Positions 1 to 13,420 are shown, counted from the stretch's first letter. The stretch: DNA of 64,000 nucleotides from Carcharhinus longimanus (GCA_030264375.1 JASCQW010000146.1:31998606-32062605); one strand, 5' to 3'. Made by a program: numbers and translations. The notes: a model not told the origin generated them from the sequence alone.

Positions 1-68
1 ATTGACAGCAAGAGACATTTGTATTAAATTCATACTGGAGAATCCTATGACTGAGATGATCACAACAG
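1..68 (+). pseudogene. candidate exon (3' part) of decayed multi-exon gene
   Basis: Open frame LTARDICIKFILENPMTEMITT ending at donor CAG|GTAAAT, phase 1; 5' end outside window. Confidence 0.4.
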
Positions 69-97
69 GTAAATAAAGAAAGTTGATGTTTCTTTTA

Positions 98-432
98 AAT
101 TCATTTTTAAGACATGGGAGTCACTGGCTGGATCAGCATTTATTGCCCATCCTTAGTTATCTGACAGCAGTTAAGAGTCAACCACATTGCTGTGGCTCTG
201 GAGTCACATGTCGGCCTGACTAGGTAAGGACAGCAAATTCCCTTCCCCAAAGAGTATTGGTGAACCAGATGGGTTTTTCCGAGAATCGACAATGGTTTCA
301 TGGTCACCAGTAGATTCTTAATTCCAGATTTCTTTTTTTTGAATTAAAATTCCACCATCAGCGGGATTCAAACCCAGGTCCCCAGAACATGAGCTAAGAA
401 TAATCCAGTGATAACTGGAGTGGGCTATTGCT
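98..432 (-). mobile_element. tRNA-derived SINE family 2 (tail gggcaataaatgctgg...cccatg)
   Basis: Reverse complement matches copies at 23583, 39688, 45098. Confidence 0.85.
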
Positions 433-466
433 TCCCTCTGTTTATGGCATTATGGCTGCTGTACAG

Positions 467-735
467 TCAAGAAAAATCTGGCATGGTTTGATCCTATAAG
501 CATTAAGGGTGGAGACAGCAATGTTTCCTGACCAAGTTCAAGAGATGATAACAAAAAAGAGGTGGGCAGAGATGATTTATGACTGTGGTCATATAGATGC
601 TTACTCAGCCTTACAGGTCCAAGGACACACCTACCGGGAGACTTGTGAGTTATGTCTACTATATCAATGTCACAAGATAATGGTCTAAATAGAAGATAAT
701 CAAAGGTGAAGTCCACCTATTGCTTCAATTAACAG
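467..735 (+). pseudogene. candidate decayed exon (phase 1->0)
   Basis: gtacag| acceptor, CAG|GTGAAT donor, 269 nt; coding-like VKKNLAWFDPISIKGGDSNVS*PSSRDDNKKEVGRDDL* with several stops. Confidence 0.35.
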
Positions 736-1039
736 GTGAATAATGCAAACAAATGACTATTTGTTTCAATATAAGCAGCTTTCATTCACATGGACAACCA
801 TTTTCCCTTCAGTGTTTCTTCCCTGGTTAACTTATTGTTCAGGTAACAGCGGTGTGCATCACCCTTCTGTTCTTTGTCTCAATGACTACTGTTCATATGT
901 AAGCACGAAGCATTGGGAATCTATTCAGTTTTAGAGAAAGGAGGGGGAAGGTCAGGTCAGTCATCATTCAGTCCTCATGTCTTTCCAGTAGGATCGTTGG
1001 TTAATGGGAATGTTGGCATAAATGTCCAGATGAGAGGCA

Positions 1040-2320
1040 GTGTGATGAATTGTAATCTACTTACATTTTCTCTTCACCCACCTCCCTCCGACCCGCATCA
1101 CCTCCATTGAAACACCACCACACTGTTGGATCCAAATTAAACCATATCCCTTTCTGGTCTACATTCACTCACACCCTGCTTCACTTAAGAACTCCACACC
1201 ATTCTCCCAGTTTCACCACGTCTGCTGCAGTGCAACCTTGCACAACAGTAATTCCAATATGTCTCCTCTTACCCTCAACCAAGGATAGGTCCCTCGTCCC
1301 CCACTGTGGTTTACAGGATCCTCAACCACATCTGGTCCATTTTCCATATCTCTGCCCTCACAGCTTCCCCTCTGTCCCAGAACCACCCGAAGGTTTCACT
1401 TGTCCCCACTTTCCAGCCCACCAGCCTTTGCATTCAAAGGCTCATCCTTTGCCACTTCCACCCTCTCCCTCGTGATGTCACCACCAAACACATCTTCACC
1501 TCCCCTGTCAGCATTCTGAAGGGACTGCTCCTTCAGCGATACCATGGTCCACTCTTCTATCACCCAACGCCTTATCCCCTACCCATGATACCCTTCCCAC
1601 GCAATCGCAGGAGGTGCAAGACCTGCCCCATTATCTTTTCTTTCCTCATTGCTCAAAATTGCCCCAAACAATCCTTCTAAGTGAAGCAGCAATTTACTTA
1701 TGCTTCTTTTGATATAATTTACTGTATAGAACTGCTCAGAATACTGCTCTCCACTACACTGAGGAGATTAAATGCAGACCATGTGACCACTTTATAGAAT
1801 ACTCTGCACAGTGCACATCATAACCCTGACCTTCTTGTCAGTTGCCATTTTATTTCACCAACTTTCTTACATGCTCATGTTTCTGTCCTCTGCCATGTTA
1901 CTGTGAAGCCCAACGCAAGGACCTCATCTCCCAATCAAACATTTCACAGCCATCTAGACTCAAGTTGAATTCAACATTTTCAGACCATGAGCTCTATCCT
2001 CCATTTTCATTTTTTTTTTCCCCAAGTGCCAGTTTGTATCCTGTTTTTACGATTTTATTTTCAGTCAGAACTCATCTTTATTCTGCTATTAACACCTACT
2101 CTGGACCAATGCTTGTTTCTTTACTACCTCCATTACCATTCTTTTTGCCCTTTGTTCCATGACATCTCTGATATTTAATCTCTCTCAGACTCTAACCTAT
2201 CTCTGATCTTCCATGTGGTTCCACATGAACCCCTCACCCTTTTTCCAACAACATAAAACCTATCACATTTCTACCTCTCTTCAGTTCTGAGGAAGCATCA
2301 TATTGGAGTTGAAAAATTTC
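1040..2320 (+). mobile_element. Penelope-like element remnant (RT C-terminus, linker, GIY-YIG endonuclease, 3' pLTR)
   Basis: Degenerate translation SALT...VSLVPTFQPTSLCIQRLILCHF...PFPRNRRRCKTCP...KQSF*VKQQFT...IYCI typical of PLE ORFs; decayed hammerhead-like end near 2285-2315. Confidence 0.85.
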
Positions 2321-2611
2321 TCTTTGGCAAGCTAAGTGTCTAAGGTAAGTGGGTCGGATTTAGTGGCGGGTGAGTAGCGGGGAGTAGTCAGCTTGGGACT
2401 TGGGGGTTTGCAGGTGTGGTTGGATCAGGCTGGGCCTTTGTAGAAGGTGGGCCAAATCGGATAGGCCTTGGACTGGGTCAGACTGGGCCTGGGAGAGTGG
2501 TTGGAGGAAGTNNNNNNNNNNNNNNNNNNNNNNNNNNNNNNNNNNNNNNNNNNNNNNNNNNNNNNNNNNNNNNNNNNNNNNNNNNNNNNNNNNNNNNNNN
2601 NNNNNNNNNNN

Positions 2612-2762
2612 CTGCACATTTTTGGAGTGGAGGAGGAAACCGGAGCACCTGGAGGAAACCCACGGGGAGAATGTGCAAACTCCACAAAGACAGTCAACCA
2701 AGACCAAAACTGAACCTGGGTCCCCGGCGCGGTGAGGCAGCACAGCTAACCATTGTGTCACC
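2612..2762 (-). mobile_element. HE1-type V-SINE (partial, next to gap)
   Basis: tRNA-like head and V-domain (ccggagcacctggaggaaacccac) in reverse. Confidence 0.9.
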
Positions 2763-3252
2763 TCATTTGTTTCTGAAAAATGACAGAACCTCAGAGGTCA
2801 CATGACTTAACTGGGAAGTCAACATGTTGAAGAAGATCAGATGATTTATTTGGCCTTACTCATTCACACAGTTGACCAAACTTGTTTGGCTAACACCTTT
2901 TCATCAAAACAGGAGCTCTTCATGTAACTGTAGTTGGGGCGACAGGTGGAACTGCCAGGGAACGAGGAAGGAATTATTGTCTTCAACTATTTCTTTAGTA
3001 TGTTGCTTCAGCTAGGGTGACTAGCAAGGAGAGGGACCACACAATATCAGCAATTATGATCTGTCTGCTTGGCTTCTGCCTAGCTCAAAACTTTCAATGT
3101 CTTTTTTTGACGTGAGCATGCGCAGAACCACCTATCAGGGTCTGGAACTAACTCTAGATTTATGCAGCCAGTTTAGAATCAGGGCAGCTTTCAGCTTTGC
3201 AGATTTAAACTGCAGCAAAAAAACCCCTTAAAACAGTCTCAACTCACTTTTT

Positions 3253-3553
3253 AGTTTATTTATTAAGTTCACAAGTAGGCTTACATTAACACTGCAATGA
3301 AATTACTGTGAAAACCCCCAAGTTGCCATACTCCAGCAACTGTTTGGAACACTGAGGGAGAATTTAGCATGACCAATGTACCTAACCAGCATGTCTTTCC
3401 ACCTGTGGAAGGAAACCAGAGCACCCGGAGGAAAGCCTCGCACAGAGCCACGTGGGGAGAACGGGCAGACTGCACACAGACAGTGACCCAAGCCGGGAAT
3501 CAAACCTGGGTCCCTGGTGCTGTGAGGCAGCAGTGCTAACTACTGTGCCACCC
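3253..3553 (-). mobile_element. HE1-type V-SINE, tail type B
   Basis: Full head, V-domain and ...gtaagcctacttgtga...aataaataaa tail. Confidence 0.9.
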
Positions 3554-4404
3554 TTATGACATGCCACTTATATGACACAGAACTTATAGCTCAGAAGCAG
3601 GCTTTTTGATCCAATAAGTTAATGCCAGTGTTGATATTCCATCTGAGCCTCCTCCAACATTACTTGCATCTCATCCCAACAACATTTCAATGATAAGGTG
3701 AGATGAAGAAAGGTGTGTTCCTCACATGCATTTATTTGAGAAATGATTTGCTACGGTTCTGACTTTGTAGATGTAGGGCTATTTCTTGTCAATGTGTTTA
3801 TTAATAGTCTGCACTTCAGAGGCATGTTAAAATTGTTATACAATTTACATTCAATAATCATTCCCACATAGCTAACATAATTTTCTTTTTAAAAATTAAT
3901 TGTCTTGCCATTCAGTGGCTGGAGAAGTGATTAAAGATTTTAGTTTTAATCATCGAACCATCCTTCTCAGTAAATGATTTGGGAGAGTTTTCTTGTACCT
4001 AATATTGTAGCAAATAATTGAGAATTGTGCTTCTTATTAGAGGGGCAATGACACATTTCACAGTCAACAGTTTTCAATTACAGTTTGATGAACTGAAACA
4101 TAATTTAACTTGATGACAAAATGGCATCCCTTAAAAAAATTGAATTTCAGGACATTTAGTGTGGAAAACAGATGAAATCGAGTACCAGGCCATTGCAGGA
4201 AATTAAAATGCTGTTTTTGCATTAACGTGTGCGTGAAACTAAGCTTGCCATCAGCACAGCTGCCTGGGTTTGGAGTCAGATGAGTGGCTGGAAGACAAAC
4301 AGAATTAAAAGATAAAAGGCGCAAGAAACAAGTCATGTTGTTTGGGCTCCAGACCACTGGCAAGGCAACTCCAGTCAAAAATAAAGCCAGTTATTTTTTG
4401 CCCA

Positions 4405-4680
4405 CGTGGAAAGTTTTTTTGAATGTTTAAGGGAGATGTGCGGAGCAGGTTTTTCATGTCGAGAGTGGTGGATGCCTAAAGCGTGCTGCCAGAGGTGGTG
4501 GTGGTGGTGGAAGCAGGCACATAAGCAACATTTAAGAGGGTGGGTACATGAATAGGCAGGGGAGAGAGGGGTACGGACTGAATAAGGGCAGAAGGCTTTT
4601 ATTTTAGTTTACTTCAGGCATCATTGGCATGAGCTTGGAGGGCCGAAGGGCCTGTCCCTGTGCTGCACTTTGTTCTTTGC
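4405..4680 (+). mobile_element. CR1 LINE 3' end
   Basis: gagagtggtgg...ctgccagaggtggtgg...gggccgaagggcctgt CR1 3' motifs. Confidence 0.75.
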
Positions 4681-5465
4681 ATTCACTGCTCATGATGCAT
4701 TCTCTTTCATAGTGCGGAGAGCAAATACAGAATGAGTGGTCACTTTTTTGAACACCTCCAGTCAGTCTGTAAATGTGACCCTGAGTTTCTGCTTACTTGC
4801 TGCTTTAATTCTTCAATGTAAACCGTTCTGATCTCTCATGATCCTCAGCTCCATCAACTCTTCCAATAAAGCTCAAAGAACAGCAGGTGTTAATCTTTTG
4901 ATTTGGTACTTTTATGCCCTTTCACACTAAGGTTTGAGTTCAACACACATCCCACTTTCTCAGCCAAATATAAAGGCAAAATGCAACAGATGCTGGAATC
5001 CGACAGAAAAACAGAAAATGCTGGAGAAACTCAGCAGGTCTGATAGCAGCTGTGGAGACAGTGCCACTTTCTCAGACAGTGGGCATTGGTACAAGTTCTG
5101 CTATAATCATTGCACCTTTTCTGGACACATATTCTTTCCTTGTCAATCTCTATTTTACTTTGTGACATGTTTCACCACTTAATGACTTCCATCTTTCACC
5201 TGATCACAAACATTCCCTTTTGTCTTTCTCCCCCTTTCCTTTCTCCTCGCCTCTGGGCTGGGTTAAAAATAATTACATCTTCGGCTTGAAAGATCATTAA
5301 TCTGAAATACTGGGGAGGAAAGAGGAATTTCACAGTAACTTCACTGCACTGTTAATGTAAGCCTGATTTGTGACTAATAAATAAACTTTAAACTTTTACA
5401 ATGTGTCTCTGTGTCAGGCTGAGACAGAAAACCAGTGTGAAGTTTTCCAGCTTGACTCACACCTT

Positions 5466-5673
5466 GGCTGGAATTCTCCAGCCATTCACATTGGCAGGAT
5501 TCTCCAGTCCTGCCGGCAGTGCACTCCCGCCCATAGGTTTCCTGCCGGCATGGGGTAACATGAATGGGAATTCTCATTGATAGCGACAGGACCAGAGAAT
5601 CCCGCCATTAGCAAACAACGCATCATCTCCTGTTGGCAGGAAATACGCGGAAGGGAGGCTGGAAAATCTCACC
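5466..5673. mobile_element. GC-rich MITE (PIF/Harbinger-like termini)
   Basis: Imperfect TIR ggctggaattctccagcc / ggctggaaaatctcacc; related copies across the window. Confidence 0.6.
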
Positions 5674-6519
5674 CGTTTTCTTTCCAGATTTCGATTTTTG
5701 CTCCTCAAAAGTGACGTGGCTGTGGTTTGTACCATCACTCTGGTGGAGGGGCCCTCAGAGAGCTGACAAGACTTACTCTACAGTGAAAAGAGGCCCCCAA
5801 TCTGAACAAAAAGTAACTCCCCAATCCCCGACCCCACTGCCACCAAGGTATCCGGGCTCTCCCCACACCTTCACCAATCATTGCTGGTATTCCCTTCCCT
5901 TCCCCCGCTTCAGTTCCCCCCACTCCCTCACCACTAGTAAATGAACCCGCACCCCCACCCCACCAACCACATGGCTCCCACTCGGGCCCGTGCCTGGTAC
6001 AGTCCACTGTCACAGGTTGGCACTGATCTGTGCCAGGACAGTAACCAGCCATGTCCCTCTCCCCTGGGTGCTCTACTTACGTCTGCGCCCCCTGTAGGAT
6101 CCCCTCAAATGTCTCTCCTTTGGGCAAACCTCTTGCAAAACTTCCCAATGTGACAGAATGTCGACAAGGTATTATTTAGTTGGGTGGTTGGGGGTCAGCG
6201 GGCAGAGAGGATTATGTGAGCGGGGACCTGTTTATAATACTGAAATGTGCTACATTTATTTAAAGAAGGTTCCCACTCCTTGTAGCATGAACATCATGAT
6301 GTCACCAGTGAAGTGTAGGGAAAATCAGGAAACGTAATCTTTCCAGAGGTAGTCACTTTTTCCGATTCTCACCAGGTTTTGTGCCTATACCAGCGATCCC
6401 TGGCGCACTGTGTGAGCTCAAAGTCTCTCCCATTGGCTCTATTTCTCTCTCCACAGCTGTTCTTTGACCCCGATGAGTGTTTCTCACGTTGTTTTCGTGT
6501 CGGGTTCTGACACCCGCCA

Positions 6520-6649
6520 GCTGGGATTTTCCAGCCATTCACGCTTTGCCACCACAATGAGCGAGGACAGAGAATTTGGTGCTCAGCCACATCTTCACTG
6601 CAGTGGGTCCGGAAAATCCCGCCAGTGTGAATGGCCGGAAAATCCCAGC
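6520..6649. mobile_element. 130-bp MITE
   Basis: 23-bp TIR gctgggattttccagccattcac / gtgaatggccggaaaatcccagc; relatives near 16600, 25788, 29697, 52798. Confidence 0.75.
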
Positions 6650-6947
6650 CAAGACAAGCTCGGCATGCCACAATTTTCCTGGAGTGGTAGGAGAGGGATT
6701 TTATGGCTTTTTTTTGACACCCCTCAAGCACGATGCTGGTGAGCCAGCAACTTATTGGCCATTACACAGGTACCAGCCTTTGACTTTATTGTTAACCCTA
6801 ACAAGTTAACTTATCATGTTCCAGGGCTGTTCCATTTGCTTTAGCTTGGCCATTCAACTCACCAACGTGAGCAGGTTACCACATCAATAGTTCGATTATT
6901 TTTTAGCTTTGTGATGATTCTTTCTTTTTTAACCACTGTTCTTGTAG

Positions 6948-9060
6948 ATCTATTTTGCAAATTTGTAATATTAAATAAAGGACAAGCAGCCATCTTCAGG
7001 CAAGCACATAAATCTTAGAGAATGTTTAATATGCAAATCAGATGGAAATGATTTGGATGCTGAAAAGAACTATGTCATTGCTATCAAAATGAAGGTTACA
7101 GTTTTGAACTTGCAACGCTGGAATTTTGCGCAATGAATATTCATATAATAAATATTAGACCACTCCTGTCCTTTCAAGGCTGTCTCTCCATGGTCCACAA
7201 GGCCAGAATCATTGTTACTTGAGGTGTGGAGATTTGATGAGCCCAGTCCATCCAGTTCATTAGCATCCAGAATCGAGTTGGAGCAAATTGAATAATGTCT
7301 GGACGAGGATGGAAGTTGGCCTTGTCCTTCCTCTTAACACTCGCTTGGCAGTGTAAGGTAAAACTCCCTGAAACTTGGGAGAAGCAATCAGCAACTGCAT
7401 TCCACATTGTAGCGTTACTGTGATGTGCCAAGAGACACAATCACTCTTAAGATGATTCCATAAAATTGAGAAACCATTTTCAGTTGGGTAAAGATCCCAG
7501 AAAATCCCAAGAGCTGGAAAACCACAGAAGATTACAAAGAAAATGTTTGTTATTTGGGACCATATTGTAAAAGCTACAGATCCTTCATTTAGCTGGTACT
7601 TGTGGATTGATAGGAACCATGGATATATTCTTTTCCAGATGACACCTTGGCCGGAATGTTCTGATCCCAATAGCATTGGGTGGGTTTGGCGAAATTATCG
7701 CGAGAAAGCCCAAGTCGTGTTTCACCTTGGTGTGCAAGCTTCCCGCAATTGTCCTCCTCCCCCCTTCCCATCAGTGGCAGCTCCCGTTTCCTGCCATTCG
7801 ATATCAAGAACTTTATTTGAATACATTTGCAATTTGTTATCAGGCCCATGCGCCAGAATCAAACCTCCTCCAACCCTCACCCCTGCAACTGGCAAATAAT
7901 TCATCCATGCCAGTGTAATGTCAGAACGGCACGAATCACAACTGGCTTCTAAAGGCATGCACTCAGCGAGGGGAAGTTGGGGTTCAGTGCAGCGATGGTG
8001 AAGTGGCTTCACATATTAAAGAGACTGAGTCTAAGTTGGCCAATGTCTAATTGGAGGGGGCAACTAGCCTTTGACATGGGCAAACTGCCTCAGACATGAG
8101 GGATACCAGGATAACACTGGAAGCTGTCAAGTGGATCCATATGCTTCTTGTAAGGGCTTCAAAACAGGGAAAGGAAGCCAGGGGTACTGCGATGGGCGGG
8201 TGAACAATGATCACAGAGTGACGGTTCTACTCAAAGTTAGAGGGTGGAGAGTGCCTGGGGGCAGAATGTTGACAAGGGGAAGACGAATGGAAAGACATGT
8301 TAGTGATCATTATTTACCCCATTGGAGCTGAGACTGTTCTGCTATAACTCAATTGACATGTTTGGAGTCTAACTACTCATGCAGTTATGCCCATTCAAGC
8401 ACCACTTATGTGTCTGCTCACACAATGATGCCCACTCAAGCTTCACTTATATGTGTTGAGTGCCACTGGTTGTGCATAGTAGTTAACCATTGGTGCTTTA
8501 ACTTCCAAAATTACTGACTGCTATGGTGTACTTGCACCACAAGCCAAGTGAGCTTAATGAGTTGGTAAAGGTCGACCACCTGAGGAGAGCACTCCTAATT
8601 TTTGGCCATGCGCTTCCTATTGACCACATTGAAGCAAGGCCTTCGGTGAACCCTGGGACAAAAGGCCGCTCCTCTTGGTTGACTGGGGCGATACGATATG
8701 GAACTTGTGACAGAGACATTTTGACACTAAAGTGCTACATTATGCAATGGGAAATGCCACCATTGCCCTTCGTGGGCTCAATGCCGCTTTTCCCACCCGC
8801 CATTAGCCTTTGTTGATTTCCAGGAAAATCTTGCCCATTTCCTCAGCAGGAACTGGGGACTTTTGTCCAGTCAGGAACCTTGAATAATCTGATTTATAAG
8901 GCAACTTTTGTTTTAAAACAGGAAGTGCTAAAACAGTGTGCGCACATCGACTTGAACAAAGTCATATCCATCCCGCCCTCAGAGTCCTCAATAACAGGAA
9001 TAGTATTGAAAGTGAACTGATTTATATCTGATTGATATACGGATATCACAAATTTCTGAA
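6948..9060 (+). pseudogene. candidate large decayed exon split by DNA transposon
   Basis: Acceptor ttcttgtag|; 40-60 codon open stretches on both sides of the 7678-8836 insertion. Confidence 0.3.
7678..8836. mobile_element. non-autonomous PIF/Harbinger-like DNA transposon
   Basis: GGG...CCC termini with ATT 3-bp target-site duplication; GC-rich interior. Confidence 0.55.
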
Positions 9061-9824
9061 TTCAGACCATTCCTGGATTCGGCTAGTAAATTCTAAGGGC
9101 AGCGCCGGGGTCAGTGCCTGTGAATGGACCTCCTGCCCTGAGCGTGGCGCTCACCTGAGACCCCCCTGGGAATTCTGCTTGCCGTGTGCACGCCTTGGGA
9201 GACCAGTCATGATTCACCAGCCATTCTGTGTTTTCTGACAGGGGAAGATATGATTCAGGCACAGGGGCCTGATACTTGTACATTCATATGTTCGATTGAT
9301 ATTCCCAACATTGAACTGAAGTAAAAAGTGACTTTGTAGTTCTAGTGATATTTTTCACTCCGGTTGCCAAATCTGCTCGTCTCGATCGGGAGCAGAAAAT
9401 CCCGGCCTAAGTGTCTGATTCTTGAAAGTATATATTCCATAAGAAGCCCTGCTGCAATGCATCAAGTAATTTTCCACATTCCACCAATGCCAAGAGGCAC
9501 AACATTTCCTGTATCCATGTGCAGTGTCTACCCATCATGCTTTGAGGCTGGAACCAAAGCACAGAAGCTTTGATATATACCTTTTGGGCCTGTATTGAAA
9601 TTGTTTTATTTATTACTTTTCCTATGTGTTGGGAAGAGAAAATATCAAGGGGCGAAGTGTTCTTGTTAAGGCCTTTCTCTTTTCGTAAGGTTCTTGATCA
9701 GGCACAGATGGTGCCAGAAAGAGGCAACTTTTTATGAGCTCTCAGCATACCCTTTAATTCGGTCTTTTACTCTCATTCTGTGCTCTTAAAACTGATCTCT
9801 GGCTCTTTTAAACACTCTAATCAT

Positions 9825-10035
9825 GCTCTTCCCTGCTGACATCATTCTTTTGAATGGACCTACCATATATTAAGTTTTTTCTCTACACCCTAGCTATGAC
9901 TGTAACATTATATTCTGCACCCTCTTCTTTCTTTCTCCCCCATGTACTCTATCAATGGTATGTTCTGTCTGTGTAGCGCACAAGAAGCAATTTTTTTTTT
10001 TACTATATCCCAACATGTGACAATAATAAATCAAA
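9825..10035 (+). mobile_element. Rex1/Babar LINE 3' end
   Basis: Matches 3' end of 22570-23516 copy (tacaccctagctatgactgtaac...aaatcaaat). Confidence 0.8.
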
Positions 10036-10667
10036 TTAAAAAATTAAATCAAGTTCTACAGATGCTGACNNNNNNNNNNNNNNNNNNNNNNNNNNNNNNN
10101 NNNNNNNNNNNNNNNNNNNNNNNNNNNNNNNNNNNNNNNNNNNNNNNNNNNNNNNNNNNNNNNNNNNNNNNNNNNNNNNNNNNNNNNNNNNNNNNNNNNN
10201 NNNNNNNNNNNNNNNNNNNNNNNNNNNNNNNNNNNNNNNNNNNNNNNNNNNATTGGTTCCACTGGTCGGCGCAACATCGAGGGCCGAAGGGCCTGTACTG
10301 CGCTGTAATGTTCTATGTTCTACGTTCTTCCTGTGTTTACCCCAGTCCAAACCTGGCATCTCCACATCAAGATTATTCCAGGGCAGGGGCTTTTAGAGGA
10401 ACCTTGGTCAAACTTCATCAATTGCATCAGTTCTGAGGCTAACTGTACTCTCCCTATTGCAACCTGGTCTAGGTATGCTGGCTAGGCACTGGTTTAGGAT
10501 GGCACCTGGTTAGCTCTGACCCACCTGGCCGGGCTACTTAGCAGGTAAACCTGTGCATCATCCAAATAAGACCCTCAACGTGGAATGCACGAACTAATAC
10601 AAAGTTCAAAGATGTTACACAAACCATTTAGATTCCAGTGGGACGATACTTTTTTCTCTCTTTGCAG

Positions 10668-10729
10668 TGGCTCCCGGGGCTGACACATCAAATTTTCGAG
10701 TACTCTATTAAATGGAGAATCTTACAAAG
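10668..10729 (+). pseudogene. candidate decayed exon
   Basis: Strong acceptor tttttctctctttgcag|; putative mutated donor AAG|ATAAGA; 62 nt. Confidence 0.3.
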
Positions 10730-10971
10730 ATAAGAGATCTTTTAAGGATTCAAAGAACCACAGTTAAAAAAATGAGCATTGTGTCACACAATATCAAATT
10801 TCCTTCTCATCACTATGATAGACCCAAAATACCCCTCTGATGCTCACAGTCCTTTGAGTTCAATTGCAAACATGGAACATAATTGCTGTTGAAAATGATC
10901 ATTAAATACAACAAGAACACTTACTGGAGTATGTTAGGTTCCTTTCCTACATACAAAAATGGTAAAAGCAA

Positions 10972-11258
10972 CAAAAATTCTCACACCAAACTCCTCTCTT
11001 TATACTCAACTGATGAAGGAGCAGCATTCTTCAAGTTCATGATTCCACATACATCTGTTGGACTTTAACCTGGTGTTGTGAGACTTCTTACTGTGCCACC
11101 CCAGCCCAATGCTGTCTATCATCAACACTGCAAACCGCTAACTCAAAGTGGAAAGGATCTCCAAGACTCATCTGATGAAGGAGCTGTGCTTTGAAAGCTA
11201 GTGATTCAAAATAAACCTGTCGGACTTGAACCTGGTGTTGTGAGATTTCTTACTGCTC
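10972..11258 (+). mobile_element. two tandem Penelope pLTR-derived units (family A)
   Basis: ctgatgaaggagc...ctgttggactttaacctggtgttgtgagac repeated at about 162-bp offset. Confidence 0.8.
11169..11203 (+). ncRNA. minimal type I hammerhead ribozyme motif (family A)
   Basis: CAU-CUGAUGA-A-GGAGC-ugu-GCUUU-GAA-AGCU-A-GUG: core intact, stems I/II with GU wobbles, palindromic stem III. Confidence 0.7.
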
Positions 11259-11627
11259 CCTTTATACTAAGCAAGACTTATCTTTATCAGTGCAGCTTCA
11301 AACAGCACCACATATATTATTGGAAACGCTCCAAAGGCACAATAGCAATTCTGAATTTGGAATGAAGCAATTGAAAACAAAATCTTTATTTACTGATTTA
11401 CAGATACTTAAAGGTGGAATGCATTCAGTAAGTCACAAAAGAAACAAACTGTAACAGTGATCTACATTAAATGGTCATAAAAACTAATACATGCAAAGGC
11501 AACGTATCCTCATCAGAGAGGACAATGCTTGATGTCAGCATTCTCCAAACTGAAGCCCATATCTCAGAACTTCAAATGAGAAGCCTATGTTTCCATCGTG
11601 ATTAGCACAACTGCATGATGGTGACGT

Positions 11628-11920
11628 AGGAATCAGGAACAGGAGTAGGTAAATTCAGCCCTTCGAACCTGCTCGGCCATTCAGTCAGATCATGGCCGAT
11701 CTCTCCCTGTTCCCAAATTTACCTTCCCACCTGCTCCCCATATCCCCTTATCTCTTTTTTTAAGTTAGAAATATATCTATCTCCTTCTTGAAACCATTTA
11801 CTGATTCAGGCTCCACCGCGCTATGGGGCAACGAGTTCCACAAATTCATCACCTTCCGCGAGAAGTAGTTCCTCCTCATCTCAGTATTAAATCTACCATC
11901 TCTCAGCCTACATCTTACAA
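11628..11920 (-). mobile_element. CR1 LINE 3' end
   Basis: aggaacaggagtagg...cagcccttcgaacctgct...agaagtagttcctcctcatctcagt in reverse. Confidence 0.8.
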
Positions 11921-12427
11921 CCTGATGCGGGTTATTACAATCTCAGCTGGCATTATAACTGGATGGGAAGATCCCTGATTGGAACCCTGGCTCAAAAGAT
12001 TGCAACTTTCACTTTTTTTANNNNNNNNNNNNNNNNNNNNNNNNNNNNNNNATTAAATATGGAAAAATTGGATTATAATGGAATACTCCTTGACTTCGTC
12101 CTTATCTTAACAAATACACATAGATTTTAAGCTTAAAATGGATTACAAAGTATATTTTAAAGCTACAATTGGCACATTAACACAAATTCTCTTTAAGCGC
12201 ACAGGTTGTCTGTAGTCAAATACACACACAACTGTGAACACAAATTTATATCTGTGGAGTTCTCCTCAGGAGACCCCCCAGATGATTATCACATCAGTCC
12301 AAAAAACGTACTTTAAAATCTCTTTCACAATCATGATTTTCATTAGCAGTTTACATTCTGAAATCCAAATACAGTTTTCTAAATGACTCTTTTAAACAAA
12401 GCTTCCACTCGACTTTGAACAATGAAA

Positions 12428-12760
12428 GGGGTGGCATGATGACAAAGTGATTGGCACTGCTGCTTCACAGCATTGATGCTGGTTCAATTCTGACCTTAGG
12501 TGACTGTCTGTGTGGAGTTTGCAGGTTCTCCCCGTGTCTCCATGGGTTTCCCCCCCAACAATCCAAAGATGTGCAGGTTAACTTGATTGGCCGTGCCAAA
12601 TTGCCCCTTCGTGTCGCAAGATGTGTGGGTTGGATGGATTAGCCATGATAAATGTGTGGGTTTCGGGGATGGGGCCTGGGTAAGATAGTCTGTCAAGGAG
12701 TTGGTGCAGACTCGATGGGCTGAATAGCCTCTGTGGCCACTGTAGACATTCTATTCTATG
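12428..12760 (+). mobile_element. HE1-type V-SINE, tail type A
   Basis: Head, V-domain, gactcgatgggctgaatagcc...attctat tail. Confidence 0.9.
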
Positions 12761-12922
12761 ATGTATGAAAAAGCTTATTAAGCAAGTGACCATACTGGTC
12801 ACATTGAGTGAATTGAGAGAAAAGGCCAATCAGTGGCTGCAGCTACAAAGTGTTCAGCTAGAATGATTTGAGCTTCAACAAGTCTCAGCTGGCTGCTGTT
12901 TTAAGTTTGTCCCACTGTTTGA

Positions 12923-13420
12923 TTTGATTTGATTTTTTATTGTCACATGTATTCGTATACAGTGAAAAATATTCTTTCTTGCGCACTGTACAGACAGAGC
13001 ATACCATTCATAGAGAAGGAAAGGAGAGAGTGCAGAATGCAGTGTTACAGTCATAGCTAGGGTGTAGAGAAAGANNNNNNNNNNNNNNNNNNNNNNNNNN
13101 NNNNNNNNNNNNNNNNNNNNNNNNNNNNNNNNNNNNNNNNNNNNNNNTCAGACTTTTGTTTTTTGTTCCTGACGGAAGAAGGTGGAAGAGAGGGGTGCAT
13201 GGGGTCCTTGATTATGCTGGCTGCTTTTCCAACACAGCGGGAAGCGTGGACAGAGTCAATGTATGGGAGGCTGGTTTGAGTGATGGACTGGGCTTGAATG
13301 CAGTCTTGGACAGAGCAGGAGCCATACCAAGCTGTGATATAACCAGAAAGAATGTTTTCTATGGTGTGTCTGTAAAAGTTGGAAAGTCATTGCTGACATG
13401 TCAAATTTCCTGTTACTGAG
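12923..13420 (-). mobile_element. Rex1/Babar LINE 3' fragment
   Basis: (tttga)n tail and acagtcatagctagggtgtaga; spans gap. Confidence 0.8.
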
